The notes: a model not told the origin generated them from the sequence alone. A stretch of 64,000 nt of DNA from Bispira polyomma (GCA_965649765.1 OZ287748.1:104842001-104906000), one strand, 5' to 3'. Positions 50,673 through 63,799 are shown, counted from the stretch's first letter. Translations and numbers: made by a program.

Positions 50673-51254
50673 GATTTTCCCTTTCTTTTCTTAAAAAATC
50701 GGAGGAAATTGCTGCCGAGTCACCCCGATAGCATTATTGGAGGCTAAGTGTAACAGCCCCATAAGAGCAGGTTTAAACATACATTTACAGGGACCTCCTT
50801 TTGATAAGGTTACAAATATTGCTACAGATAGAGAAAGTTTGCTGGCAAATAAGGTATTGACAGGCAGAGTCAAAATCAGCAGGGGACTGGTCTTGATGTA
50901 ATAAAACATAAGTTCTCTTGCACAGGTGATATTTAGAAAATGTATCAGGCTGGTACTTTGCGTAATGACAATCCAGAATCCTTACAGAATAAGGTATTCT
51001 TTGAACTTTGCCTACATTTTGGTCATAAAGGTAGGGAAGGGCTACATAGTCTAAATCACATTCCTTTATCTTTGTCAGAGATGTTGAATATGTGAACTTG
51101 GCAGTCAATGAAAAGATTAAAAAAAGGTACTGATATAAAGAGGAAGGAAAATTATGATGACTATTATTACAATCTCATGTATTCATTTCTTGATTATCTG
51201 TCCTGTTGAGTCATTGAAGAAATATCTTATTAAATTCCAAACGTGAGTAATTTT

Positions 51255-51700
51255 TTCAGAAAGCTAAGGTTTGCTCAAATGTGTTAGTGTAGTCTGGCAA
51301 AACAACTGTCTGTAGAATGGTTTTAAAACATTTCCATAATGTGTTTCGGTTTCCCTGATTTTTAGCAACAATGTTTGACTAGTGGCTGCATTTGGACCGC
51401 TCCAGGAGGTAGTTGTGGTGATTAACCGCAGCACGGTATCTGCCACAATTACTCACAGAGTTATGGCGGGGCCATGCCCACTCATGTTTCCTCCTGAGAT
51501 GTTTTGCAGCAAGAATGTTGCTGTTCATAAATCCAGTCTCAGGATGCTTTGGTACACTCTTCCTCTTCATTGGGGCATGCTTGTCAAGGAGGTTATGCAG
51601 GGTAGTAAAATATTGATGGCTGAGAAGACTAGCTGTTTTGTGGGGACATCTAATTAGGTCAGAACGAAGGATGTCCGACCTAAAGTCTGAGATATTTATT
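51255..51700 (-). mobile_element. CR1/L2-type LINE linker fragment
   Basis: LLDKHAPMKRK...AAKHLRRKHE.AW...LWKCFKTIL...LPD is homologous to the APE-RT linker of the inner LINE. Confidence 0.75.
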
Positions 51701-52759
51701 TTATGAATTCTCCGAAAATTGACCTGTCGGAAATTACAGCTAGACCTTTTTAAATTACCTTTCCAATATGATAAAAAAGAAAGCTGTCAATGCAGGTCTG
51801 AGTCATATTTACACCATTATTCCATAAAAGCAACAACTAGTACTGTTGTTTCACATGCAAGTGTAAATGCAAATAATATTACCAGTATAAAATTACACTC
51901 CAACAAAAGATCAAGCGTACATACTTTACTTGGCCGCAAATAGGATCACAGTTTGATCGCTGGGTTTAGTCCAATGACAGAAGAAAAAAAAGTATATATT
52001 AAATATTTCTATACATATCATGGGTTTAATGATAAATAAATGCCATAATTATTAGTTGAGAAACTAACATTAAAAATATGTTGGAAACTGGTTGAGTTAT
52101 AAAGGTTCAAAGTTCAAAATATGCCCAAATTAGGATCATCATTTGATAAACGCATCTACCATATGAAGCCAGCACATCAAATCAAAAAAGAAAAAAAAAC
52201 CATGAGCTTCATTTTTTACCATTATGGCAAATCTCCCATGTCATCAGATAAGGAGAATGGAAAGAATGAAAGCGCACAAAGTTTTAAAGTTTCTAATGAT
52301 AACAAGGCACAGAAAAATTATCAGTGTTATAAGGAAAAATTCAGATAAAATCAAGTGCCTCTGAACAAAAATTTTGTCATGCCCAAAGAAATGGCTATGA
52401 GAGTATTTGAAGGAAAATATGATAAGTGGTGGACAATTCACAGTCAATTTTAATTTCAATAATTAATGGCTGATATGTTACTGCAAAGACTAAATATGCA
52501 TTGTTAGAAGTATTATTATTTTATGTTTGAACATCACTTTCTGGCTAGTGACAATAAATTATTTACTTATGTAATACATATTTGATGAGTTGTACTTCTT
52601 GCTGTACAACACAAATAATACATATCTAATATATTACTTAATATGATTTAAATACTTTTAAACTTAGAATAAACTACAGAGAATTCGAACATGCTCATTA
52701 AATATGGCATTTATGTAGTAGGCAGCGTCTAGCTTTTGGGGTCTTTATGAATTGGTTCC

Positions 52760-53600
52760 CCACCCAAGTGAACGCTTTCAATATTTTTGCTTATCTAGAA
52801 TTTCTAAATTTTAATGCTGTATCACCCTCTCAGATTGCAAACCATCAAAGCATGAACCATCGGCCATCAAAGCTAAATGCATCTTGTTCCATTTAAACTT
52901 TGATGTCTTTTCTGATCCACAAATTTCATATTATACTAGAGCTCTAATAGTAAATCGACCTTTGCAAGTTAAATTAAAATGTATATTCGACATCCCTTTT
53001 CTTACTGCTTTGCTTCGAAAATGTAATTCTATGTATATGAGCCAAGTCTTCAAGGCTGTCTACGTTACTAGCTTTTTCAGCTTTTTAAGGCTCTCTAATT
53101 TGTGCCCTCACTCAACTCAGTGATTTTTCACCCCTTAAGCATCTCGCCAGGGGCGATATCGATGTTCAAGCCTGGTTATGTGGTACTTGTGAAATGGTCC
53201 AAGACAATGCAGACCAAGGATGCAGTGCGACTAATCACATTACCAGCTTTGCAAAATTCAATTATATGTCCATTTACAGCCTTGAAGAACTTGCTGGCCA
53301 TTACTCCTTCTGGTTCCAATCTTTCTCTATTTCAATTTAACCTGTCGGCTTCCTGGATTCCTCTCACTGACACTCGGGTCAGACGCCATCTCAAAACTGT
53401 ATTGGAAATGCTTGATGTAAAAATTCAAACCTGACCTTCCATACTTTTTGACGTTCAGGTGCCACCTTTGCTTTTAATAATGATGTGGCACCTGGACGTC
53501 GGACTGTGTGTGGAGATACGTCACAGGCGCAGCTGACGTTGGTTCCCAGGTAGCTGACGCTTTCTCTCTAGCCCTACGTAATATGTCCTAGTCTGGGTTT
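52760..53600 (+). pseudogene. Tyrosine recombinase (copy 3) of a DIRS-like element
   Basis: AYLEFL, FFSFLRLSNL, KWSKTMQ, ICP..AL, TFHTF*RSGATFAFN and WTSDCVWRY. Confidence 0.9.
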
Positions 53601-54547
53601 GGTAGTCTGGTGTCTGTGACAGTCTCAGAGAACATGTTAACATTAAAGTTTTTTAAATATAAACTTACAGTAACCATATTACTGTACTGGGCATCAGGTC
53701 ACCTTACATAACACAGTACATAATGTACTCTTTTACCTCCAATTTGGTTTAATAATTTCAAATTCCATTTAAATTTAAGTCAACCTCACTAATTGACATT
53801 ATGTTGACTGTATTCAACCTTACACTCAATCTAACTCTATCTTGGCTTAACCCAACCTTAAACTCAAGTAAAGTCACTGGTAGACTTAATTTAAGATTGA
53901 CACGGAAACTCTGGTCAAGCTAACCTTAACTAAAATGTTGACTTAAAGTTAATTTCTGGTCGCCTTAATCTCAATTTAAGTCAACCTTATTACTTTTTAA
54001 TGTTCACATTTAAGGTGACCTTATACCCCAACCTCAGATAACTGTATATATAAACTAGTAGCCCTAACATATTAGTGTCTAATAAATTTTTAAACTGCAA
54101 TCTTTTACTGGGTTATACAAGCTTATATACTATCAAATAAGACAGCTACACAGGGGAACTGTACCCCATACCTGCTTGTGAAAGGTATTGAATGTAATAA
54201 GAGCAGTGCTATTTTTTTCAATATTAAACAATGGTACCAAACTAACTGTGACTTCATTTATTTTACAACAATTTGTATTGAACACATTTCCAGTTGCTAA
54301 AAACATCTTCATAGTTTGAAAAAGTTGGGAATCATTTATTCACACAAATCGCTTCTGAAAAATATATTTGTATTAATTATTCCTGTAGTTTTTAAAGTAT
54401 AATAAGTTATTCAGAGAAAATTTCTGTTTTCATAGAAGTATTTTATCCAAACTTTTTGTAACTTCATCTTTTACATTGAAATCTCGCATGTGATATCCAC
54501 CATTATTTAAGCATGAATATATTGTGATTAACATTTTCTGTTTTTAG

Positions 54548-54663
54548 GACCCCTTCCATGATTTCAATGTTGGGACTAAATGTCTACACCGCTGACATGA
54601 GCTGCATAGAAAACATCCATTTCCATATTTTACAAGAGTATCAGAAAACTACCTGTTTAGCCA
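54548..54663 (+). CDS. Candidate internal exon (TPSMISMLGLNVYTADMSCIENIHFHILQEYQKTTCLA)
   Basis: Strong acceptor TTTTCTGTTTTTAG and donor GTAAGT, with one open frame. Not linked in phase to the 61599 exon. Confidence 0.35.
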
Positions 54664-56216
54664 GTAAGTGTCCTTATTCAAATATAAGGCTTGTACACAA
54701 GTAAAGAAGTTGAAAGTGCAATTTTCTTTCAAATTCATAACAATACACATTTACTAAGGTCTGAGGCCAATAGAGCTTGATCAATCTATTGCATTGGTAG
54801 ATAAGGTATCATTTTTTTCCAAAGAAAGCTTTTAGGAATATACCCATGAACTTTAATTCACAAAGATGTTGTTGTTTTTGAATTTATGGGGACAAACTGA
54901 AGGTCAAATAGGACAATAAAGTAAACAACAGGTGTTGCTTTTGTCATTAGTTTACTGGTAATTTGTTTATGAGCCACAAATGCATCTTTTTGCAGATTCT
55001 TTATACTGAACATCTCATGTGTCTTCACACCAGCATCAACAATTGTAAAGTAAAATATATTTCATTTGTGTAAAGTGAGTCAAAGGAGACAGAAGATAAT
55101 CCATGGATCTAAAAATGTTGGAGCTTATAATCATGGTGTTGATGGTATGGGAACCAGAATCACATGCACAGGTATAATGATACATTTGATTATTAGTTTA
55201 TTAAGGAGACATTACTTTAGGGACATCACTATAGTTCTATTACTTAGGATATGAAGAACCATAAGGTGTTGAATTCTTCAACTGTTCGCTTTGACAATGC
55301 TAAGAGTTTTCATGTTTCTCTTTCGAGAATCACTCAAATACTAATATACAGTCCTGCAACATATAGTATGTATCTTCAGTATGTGTTTTAAGATGAGTTA
55401 TGAATAACTGACAGAGACAAAATTTGCATCATTACTTCTTCCTTAAATATATGGGGACATGAGGGTGTAGCTCTGGTCAGTGCAGCTAAGCGGTTAAGAA
55501 GCCTGATATTCTGTTGTCTGTTGTAATCCTCAAACAGGTTATACAATTTGAAGACAGTAATCATTCAAACACGTTCACACTTGCAGCCCATTTCTATATA
55601 TAATTTAGAATTAAGTTACATCATCTGTCTTATCCAGTGTTTTAAGCATTGTTTAGCTCTGCATTCGTTTGCTCTTTCTCAGAGTTCTTTGTCTTTGTGG
55701 TTGTTTGGAATGCCACTTCACTTAGCAGATGAGGATTGTTCAAATAATAATTTTTGAAAAGTAGGTTGAATTTACTTAATGATAATACTTACAAATGTTA
55801 GTCTGTTTTAGTGCAGGGTTCTCTTTATATCCAATGTGACATCCTATCCTCGTAACGAAAGGAATTCTCAAACCCATTAATTAATGAAAAGAAGAGTCAT
55901 ACTCCACAGTATAGAGTAGAAACTCTATTATCCAAACTTTTGTTATCTGTGTTTTCTGACTTTACAGAGTCCATTTTACTGTTGTTTTTTTTGCATATCA
56001 ATATATAATACCAAACCATACAGAAAACGCAAAGCCTTACTATGGTACAATATGGTCATGCTGCAGTGAATTTTGCTGTGATTAATAGCATGGCTCTTTA
56101 TGTGTTACAACTATAATTATAGCAGACAAGTAGTAGTTTATACCAATGCAGCAGTGTCATGAGTCCTTGTTGCTGTTGATTGTTGAAGTTGGCTAGAGCA
56201 GCTTTCCATTTCTGTT

Positions 56217-57825
56217 TTATTTGAAATAATATAGTACCTGACAGATCCTCTCTGTGATGGCACTCGTCAGACTCTCTAGCTGTAAGTAGTCATCTACCAT
56301 AAAGAGACCATTGTGAATTCCACTCAGGCCTTTTAATTCAGCCTTATCCACACTGTCACCTACACCAATCACTATCAGGTGTATTATATGACGACGGGAT
56401 ATTTTGGCTTGTTTCAGGGTTTCCATTCTGTTTCGGAATTTGTTGTCAATAATAAGGACGCCAAACTTGGCTACCTTTCTCCCAGCTCCATTCTCTGGTG
56501 CCATTCCATCTGTGTACATGTACGGAATGTGTTTCTCTACACTGGAGTTATTGTACACCCTCTCTTGCAGCTCTGCAGCAAATTCTTGCTGAGTGTGGTG
56601 CTGGTTCAGGTAGATGGCATTTTTATATTGTCACAAAACCTTGGCGTCACACCAGCCTGCACCTGTATGGCACTCAGGACTGTCTCTCCAACAACATGTT
56701 CAATAAACTCCGCACTGTACTTGGTCTCTGTAATGCCAGCCTGATCCGGAATGGAGAATAAGATATCAATGGGATAGCGCTTGTCACAGCCTTTAATCAT
56801 GGGAAGTTTATAAGTTTTCAGTATGGTGGTAGTTTCAATTGTAGTGGTGGAGACGGAGTTATCACTTGACAAACCTGCATGACCAGTTTGGTTTTTTGTT
56901 TGTCTAGAGCTTCCTAGTTAGCTGCAGTACTGACATAATCTGTGTACAGCTGACTGGCGGGGCCGCAGTGGCCCAGTGGTTAGCAAGTATTACGCTTCAC
57001 AATCAATGGTCTCTCACCTCTGGGTGGCGTGAGTTCGAATCCTGTCGATGCCTGTGTGGGAAAGATGGTAGTTCCTTACTGTGGGCCGCTGGTTTCAGTG
57101 CAGAACCTTGATCAACTGTATGCAGTGTTTCCTCCAGCGTTTCCAACTACCCGTCCCAATATAACCTAAACAGCTACTAGAGTGGACGTTAAATATCCAA
57201 ATTCAAATTCAACGCCTGAGTGGCAATATTCTCCAATGCTGTCATGTTGACCTCCTGCCCAACACCAATAACAAACATAAGGATTCCTACATATCTTGCC
57301 AGTTTAGATTCTTCTTTAGTAGTGGGAATACACTTTTCACTATTTATAAAGTATGGCAAAGTGTGGAATGCTAGCTCGACTATGTGCTGAACTAAACATA
57401 GCCACCATCATGTAATGGATTGATATATTAGAGGCAGCAGCACCTCGACCATGCTGTGCTTTGTTGATGTGGTCCAAAAGTTGGACTTGGTTGTCATAGA
57501 TGTCCATGTTGAAGTGAATTTTTAGCCATTTCGCAAAGGTCATCAACCCTATATGTGTACCATCCGCTCCTACATCAAACATCCTAACTACATCGGCAAC
57601 AAAATTCAGCTGTAATCTAAAGTTTTTTCTCAATGTATTGGCATCTAGTACAAAGGTTATGTCTGCAGGATTGTTTTCTCACACCTTTTCAATTTTAGCA
57701 TCTCCCTCTGCCCCATAAAGCTCTAACAAAGCATCTTCTGCCCTTGCATAGGCTCGGCCATAAGACCCAGCCACCAAGCAACAATAAATGAACAACACCA
57801 CGGTTACTGTTCCTCCTGACAGTAT
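56217..57825 (-). pseudogene. Secreted two-VWA-domain protein pseudogene (matrilin/collagen VI-like matrix protein)
   Basis: Hydrophobic signal peptide (VTVVLFIYCCLVAGSYG), VWA1 (PADITFVLD...FDVG...HIGLMTF...MFVIGVG), a Thr-rich linker and VWA2 (PIDILF...LIVIGVG...ITERIC). Lesions: apparent ATG>ATA (57825), TGA at 57681-57679, TAG at 56916-56914, three frameshifts and a SINE insertion. Confidence 0.88.
56959..57212 (+). mobile_element. tRNA-derived SINE inserted in VWA1 coding sequence
   Basis: Full length with a canonical B box GAGTTCGAATCC. 9-bp TSD with one mismatch, CTGACTGGC/CTGAGTGGC (56950-56958, 57216-57224). Confidence 0.95.
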
Positions 57826-58914
57826 GTCCTGTATATCACACCAATCACTGATAGCGCTTTAACTTTTCAGAAAGTCTCAGAAGTGTGCCCTGTTATAAAT
57901 GAGTCCTCTGTTTTTATTGCCACACAACTTGTTATTACACCAGTATTTATACATATCCAGGCCATAAAAAGAGTTTGCCTATGTCACATTGAAGCCACCC
58001 ACATCATATTATCCATGATTAATGCATTTTTATCAGCTTGCAGAAACATTTTTTTCATGATGATGTTTCACATTGAGTAGTCTAAACAGCCATCACTGCT
58101 GGTATTTCATATGCAGTAGATATAAGTATATCAACACAGTTTTTATTATGTTTTGTTATTTGCACATTCCTTTGTACTTCTTCCGGAGAGAAACGGTAAA
58201 TTAATGATGATTGAGGAAATTGAGGAAATTAAAAACAAATATAACGTAATTATAAGTAATACTAGAATAATTGAACACTGACCAGAAATGTATCCCAATC
58301 AACACTATTTTTCTGTCTGTGAAGCACTTTATACCCTCGCTTATCAAAAAAGATCATCCAACCTAACTGAATATATGAACCAATTAACAAATCCTGGATC
58401 ACAAACTTTTGCAACTAAAAATGTTACTAAAATGTTGTCTACTGTTACATAGTCTTTACAATTGAGTGACAAAAAATATAAGAAAGAAATAATTTGTATT
58501 TGTGTATTAAATTAGAAAAAATCTTGTGGAATGTTATCTAGGAATTTTAATCTGGCATATTTTAACACTAAAAATGGACACAGAAACACACGTACAACAT
58601 AAAAAATGAATAAAATTAACAGACAATTCAAAGATAATTAAAATTTTGCTGGTCAAAGAAAAGTTTGGTTTTTCTTAATTCTTTAGATGGGTTAATTTGA
58701 ATTAAAATATCTTTTTAGAAGGGATTAAACTTCTCTATTTTACAATTTCACTACAAGTTACCTTTACATTTGAATGTTGTGTAGAATTGAAAAATGATTA
58801 ATACACATTAAAAATTTTACTGTGATTTTCAAGCTCAATCCTTAAAGGAGCTAAAATAAATTCAATAGTTACAATCTGGTGTGTTAATTATGTGGCACTG
58901 AAATGTCATCGAAC

Positions 58915-60718
58915 TTTGTTGTATTTTTGATGTAGACCTTTCTTATCTTGTATTTTACACTTCTCTTTGGTGTAGACATTTCTTATTTTGTTGTATTTTA
59001 CACTTCTCTTTGGTGTAGACATTTCTTATCTTGTTGTATTTTACTATTTTCTTTGGTGTATACCTTTCTGAGCTTGTTGTATTTTACTTTATTATTTGGT
59101 GTAGACCTTTCTTAGCTTGTTGTTTTTACTATTTTCTTTGGTTTAGACATTTCTTAGCTTGCTATATTTTACTCTATTATTTGGTGTAGACCTTTCTTAG
59201 ATTGTTGTATTTTACTCTATTCTTTGGTGTAGACCTTTCTTATCTTGTTGTATTTCACTATATTCTTTGGTGTAAACCTTTCTTAGCTTGTTGTATTTTA
59301 CTCTATTCTTTGGTGTAAACCTTTCTTATCTTGTTGTATTTCACTATATTCTTTGGTGTAGACCTTTCTTAGCTTGCTGTATTTTACTCTATTCTTTGGT
59401 GTAGACCTTTCTTAGCTTGTTGTATTTTACTTCATTATTTGGTGTAGACCTTTCTTAGCTTGTTGTATTTTACTCTATTCTTTGGTTTAGACATTTCTTA
59501 TCTGTTGTATTTTACTCTATTCTTTGATGTTTACCTTTCTGGGCTTGTTGTATTTTACTCTATTCTTTAGTTTACACCTTTCTTAGCTTGATGTATGTTA
59601 CTCTATTGTTTAGTGTACACATTTCTTAGCTTGTTGTATTTTACTCTATTCTTTGGTGTACACCTTTCTTAGCTTGCTGTATTTTACTCTATTCTTTGGT
59701 GTATATCTTTCTGAGCCTGTTGTATTTTACTCTAATATTTGGTGTATCCTTTTCTGGGCTTGTTGTATTTTACTTTATTCTTTGGTCTACACCTTTCTTA
59801 ACTTGATGTATTTACTATATTCTTTGGTGTATCCCTTTCTTAGCTTGTTGTATTTTACTTTATTCTTTAGTGTACACCTTTCTTAGCTTGCTGTATTTTA
59901 CTCCATTCTTTGGTGTATACCTTTCTGAGCCTGTTGTATTTTACTCTGATGTTTGGTGTACACCTTTCTTAGCTTGTTGTATTTTACTCTATTCTTTGGT
60001 GTACACCTTTCTTAGCTTGCTGTATTTTACTCCATTCTTTGGTGTATACCTTTCTGAGCCTGTTGTATTTTACTCTGATGTTTGGTGTACACCTTTCTTA
60101 GCTTGTTGTATTTTACTCTATTCTTTGGTGTACACCTTTCTTAGCTTGCTGTATTTTATTCTATTCTTTGGTGTACCCCTTTCTTAGCTTGTTGTATTTT
60201 ACTTTATTCTTTAGTGTACACCTTTCTTAGCTTGTTGTATTTTACTTTATTATTTGGTGTAGACCTTCCAAGCTTGTTGTATTTTACTATATTCTTTGGT
60301 TTAGACACTTCTTATCTTGTTGTATTTTACTCTATTCTTTGGTGTACACCTTTCTGGGCTTGTTGTATTTTATTCTATTGTTTAGTGTGCACATTTCTTA
60401 GCTTAGCCTTTCTTAGATTGTTGTATTTCATTTTATTCTTTGGTGTAGACCTTTCTTAGCTTGTTGTACTTGATTCTATTCTTTGGTCTACACCTTTCTT
60501 AACTTGATGTATTTACTATATTCTTTGGTGTATCCCGTTCTTAGCTTGTTGTATTTTACTCTATTCTTTGGTATAGACTTTTCTTAGCTTGTTGTATTTC
60601 AATTCATTCTTTGGTGTAGACCTTTCTTAGCTTGTTGTATTTTACTCTATTGTTTGGTGTAGATCTTTCTTAGCTTGTTGTATTTTACTCAGTTATTTGG
60701 TGTAGACCTTTCTTAGCT
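58915..60718. repeat. Minisatellite, 43-bp unit (TTTCTTAGCTTGTTGTATTTTACTCTATTCTTTGGTGTAGACC), ~42 copies
   Basis: Period measured between GTAGACC at 59401 and 59444. Confidence 0.97.
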
Positions 60719-60784
60719 GGTTCTTTCGAAATTGGAGTTAAAAAAAGTGCAATAAATTGGGTCTGGCGTGTTACCTTTACAACA

Positions 60785-61066
60785 GAAGAAAAATTTATAA
60801 AAATTATGCAACTAAATTCTAGACCTCTACATAGCTATATTGAAAAAGCATGGTTTATAATAAAAGCTGAAGTTTATTCCTAAAAGTAATTTCTGATTAT
60901 ATGTTTTCCATGTTTTTCGTATCACCACACATTATTGATTGTATTAGTTTAAAGTGACTTATAAGCTTCCTGGTGGACTGGTTGTATTGTATCTGTTTTA
61001 CATTTATTGTATGTTGTTTTAGTGTATACACCTGTCACTATAATAAATAAATTGAATTGAATTGAA
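60785..61066 (+). mobile_element. 5'-truncated retroposon (LINE 3' end) with AATAAA and (ATTGA)3 tail
   Basis: 13-bp TSD TACCTTTACAACA (60772-60784, 61067-61079). Confidence 0.85.
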
Positions 61067-61328
61067 TACCTTTACAACAAATTAATAAATCATAAAAAAC
61101 AAACAAGTAAATATTTTTGTTTATAGGTGAAACTTTTATTAATCTATTACCTTTTATTGTCATCGTGCCTTTCTAAGCACAGTCCAAGTGCATTTTATTT
61201 TTTATAATTTTGTGTTAAAATCTGATTTGTTTATGTTCTAAACACTAATCAGCATCCTTATGAGCCTCGCACCAAAGTTGGCATGCAAAAGCTAACAGAC
61301 AAGTTAGGCCAAACAATACTTGCTTTTA

Positions 61329-61460
61329 GACAAGTGCATAATGCTTTGATATGAGTGCATAATACTTTGAGATAGGTTCAATGAGACTCTGACACGGTGC
61401 ATTATGCTTTGAGACAAGTGCATTTATTCTCTTATACGGGTGCATCATGATTTGAGATGC
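61329..61460. repeat. Degenerate ~21-bp tandem repeat (GACAAGTGCATAATGCTTTGA)
   Basis: About six visible units. Confidence 0.6.
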
Positions 61461-61598
61461 ATGCAAAGGTTGATGGCACCTAAATTAGACTTCGTGGACG
61501 ATTGAGAGGGTCGAGGACAACTACTTCCGTTGTGTAATTTGAAGACAACTATTTCTGTTGTGTAATTGGAATGTCATGTTTGTCACTTTGCTTTGTAG

Positions 61599-61660
61599 GT
61601 ATGTCCTCCTATACCAACTGTCCCACCCAAACCAGTGGCCCCTCCACCATCAATTCTTGA
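61599..61660 (+). CDS. Internal coding exon of unidentified host gene (VCPPIPTVPPKPVAPPPSILE)
   Basis: Acceptor TTGCTTTGTAG and donor GTAAGT. Ends in phase 2, matching the next exon. Confidence 0.65.
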
Positions 61661-62056
61661 GTAAGTGTTCAGGATTTAATAAAGTTAACATTAACTGAGA
61701 CATCTTTGTACTATTTGATGTCAATCAAGGACACCATTATTTCACCCACTTCTTTTTATTTTTGTCACTAGAATTATACAGAACCTTTTGAACAAAGAAA
61801 AATTAAATTTTATAAATGGATGGGGCATGGGTAACGAAATAATGAGTTTTGGAGCAGAACATTGTTTTTATAGTAGTATCACTCAAAATTGCAATTTGAT
61901 TAACTTACAATCGAATAAATGATATCGATTTTATAATCATTTTACTGTTAAAAGTTAGGAAAAAAGGGAAAATCAATTATCATTTGGATGCAAAAAGTTG
62001 TAGATGCATCGGATTCACAGTACTTAGTTTATTAGGTCTGACTTTGTTTTTTCTAG

Positions 62057-62231
62057 GAAGCAGCTAGGTGCCTCTGGATCACTGAGGGCATCCTGGGAGA
62101 ATGGCACATTTCTTATATCATTCCGCAGATTTAACTTTGACAGTGATGAGTTTAAAAAGCCAGTTGTCACAACACTGAAGAGGAAAGAGTACAGACAAAT
62201 GAGAAAGAAAGAGATGAAGCTCTTCCTTGAA
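62057..62231 (+). CDS. Internal coding exon of unidentified host gene (KQLGASGSLRASWENGTF...MRKKEMKLFLE)
   Basis: Acceptor GTTTTTTCTAG and donor GTAAGT, with 58 open codons in the phase dictated by the previous exon. Confidence 0.65.
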
Positions 62232-63799
62232 GTAAGTTCAATTGGGGGAGGAGATAATTTTCTTGGCCCATTTGTGATAGATATTGCAATGGGTAATGTG
62301 TGGTCGGTTTTATGCCTTTGTCTGCACTTGACCAAAATGTTAGATTTAAGAGTAAGACATTTTTGTAAATACCACCTTTACATTTTCAACAATCTGAATC
62401 TTCTAATATTATGAGTGGTACCGTAGCACTATTCTCATGTGTACACCATTATGTAAGTCACAATGCAGCTGTTTTAAGCTAATATTACTGTTGATGATTA
62501 TATGTTTTCTATGCGAGTATTGCTTTTGTAGATACTGTGATGATCTGGCCACTGTTGTGTTGTTGAAATGTTGTGAAATACATTACAAGTCATAAGTAAT
62601 TATGCAAATAACATATAGCAATGTTAGAACTGTAGCTATGTAACATTATTACATTCTCTGTATATATTTGACACAAGGCCTTGAACCGGTTCCACAGCAC
62701 AACAAACTTTAATCTGTTTGTGAATGAACACCACGCAGTCCGTGCATCCCACGCTCATTTTGGAGTGACATTTCCTGGCTGGCACAGGCATTATCTCTAT
62801 GTGTAGGTATTGTATAGGTACTCTTATCTATATATGTATTGTATCTATATATTGTGATCTAAGAAACTAAGTTAATAATATTGAAGTTCAAGTGCTGACA
62901 TTTTAATACAAATTATTTGGCGAACTGCAAAAATACAACCAATGGTTTTGAGTTTTGAGAATATGGAAGACGAAGGTGAAGCTATACAGTATCGAAGAAT
63001 GAGCTTCAACATATTTAACAACCCATGGAAATAGATGAAGACACCTTTATTTATTAATGGCTATATATACTTGCTATTTCACTACTCTATTTAACAATAT
63101 TTAAATGCGCACCCCACAGAAATTGAAAAAAATGTTACCAGTACAAATATATATATAAGCTCCACCCACTTTCATTTAGTAACCAAGATAGAACTAGACT
63201 CATTTACTTTTACATTTATATAATCCGCAGTATCTGCACACTCTTTGTCACGTGATGCAATATTCTAAGCATGTGCAATTCAGTACCATAAGACTAGGAA
63301 GAATATATGTTCAATCTTTTAATATTTTACAACGAAAAAAGTAAATTAAACTATAAGATGTAAACCTTTATTTTCTTTTTTGCCCTTCTCTAATTTAAGT
63401 TAAGTAAATTAAGTGATCCAATGGAAATATGGACATATTTGATTTATACTTTTATATTACTTCATGTGATTGAACAGATTCCATAAGCTATCAACTTTTC
63501 TCTCATATTTTGTCAGACGTATAGAAGTGTTACTTTTCTGAGTTGATTGTACATCATAGGCTTTATACAATAAAGGAAATGTAACGGATTAACACTCTTT
63601 ATGCCAAGTGACTCTTGGCATAAATACTGACAACAGATGCAATGAAACACCTATCTTTAAGCAAGATCCTCTTACGTACTGTCTGCATTGAAGAGACATA
63701 TGAAATATTGTTCACCTTTTAATCGCTCTTTGTAATATTGTATGTATATTTTTTTTCAGTAATTGCCACAAATTTAGGCAATTTGCGAAAGTCCTAAGC

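Noticed and set aside
54996-55075. Exon following the 54548-54663 candidate
   Set aside because: The phase-compatible frame hits a stop within five codons.
57679-57681. In-frame TGA at a Cys position as selenocysteine recoding
   Set aside because: The same gene has a TAG, frameshifts and a SINE insertion, so a nonsense mutation is the simpler explanation.
58915-60718. CRISPR-like regular array, or a repetitive membrane-protein ORF
   Set aside because: The units are contiguous with no unique spacers, there are no cas genes and the context is eukaryotic. The ORFs are by-products of a T-rich repeat.
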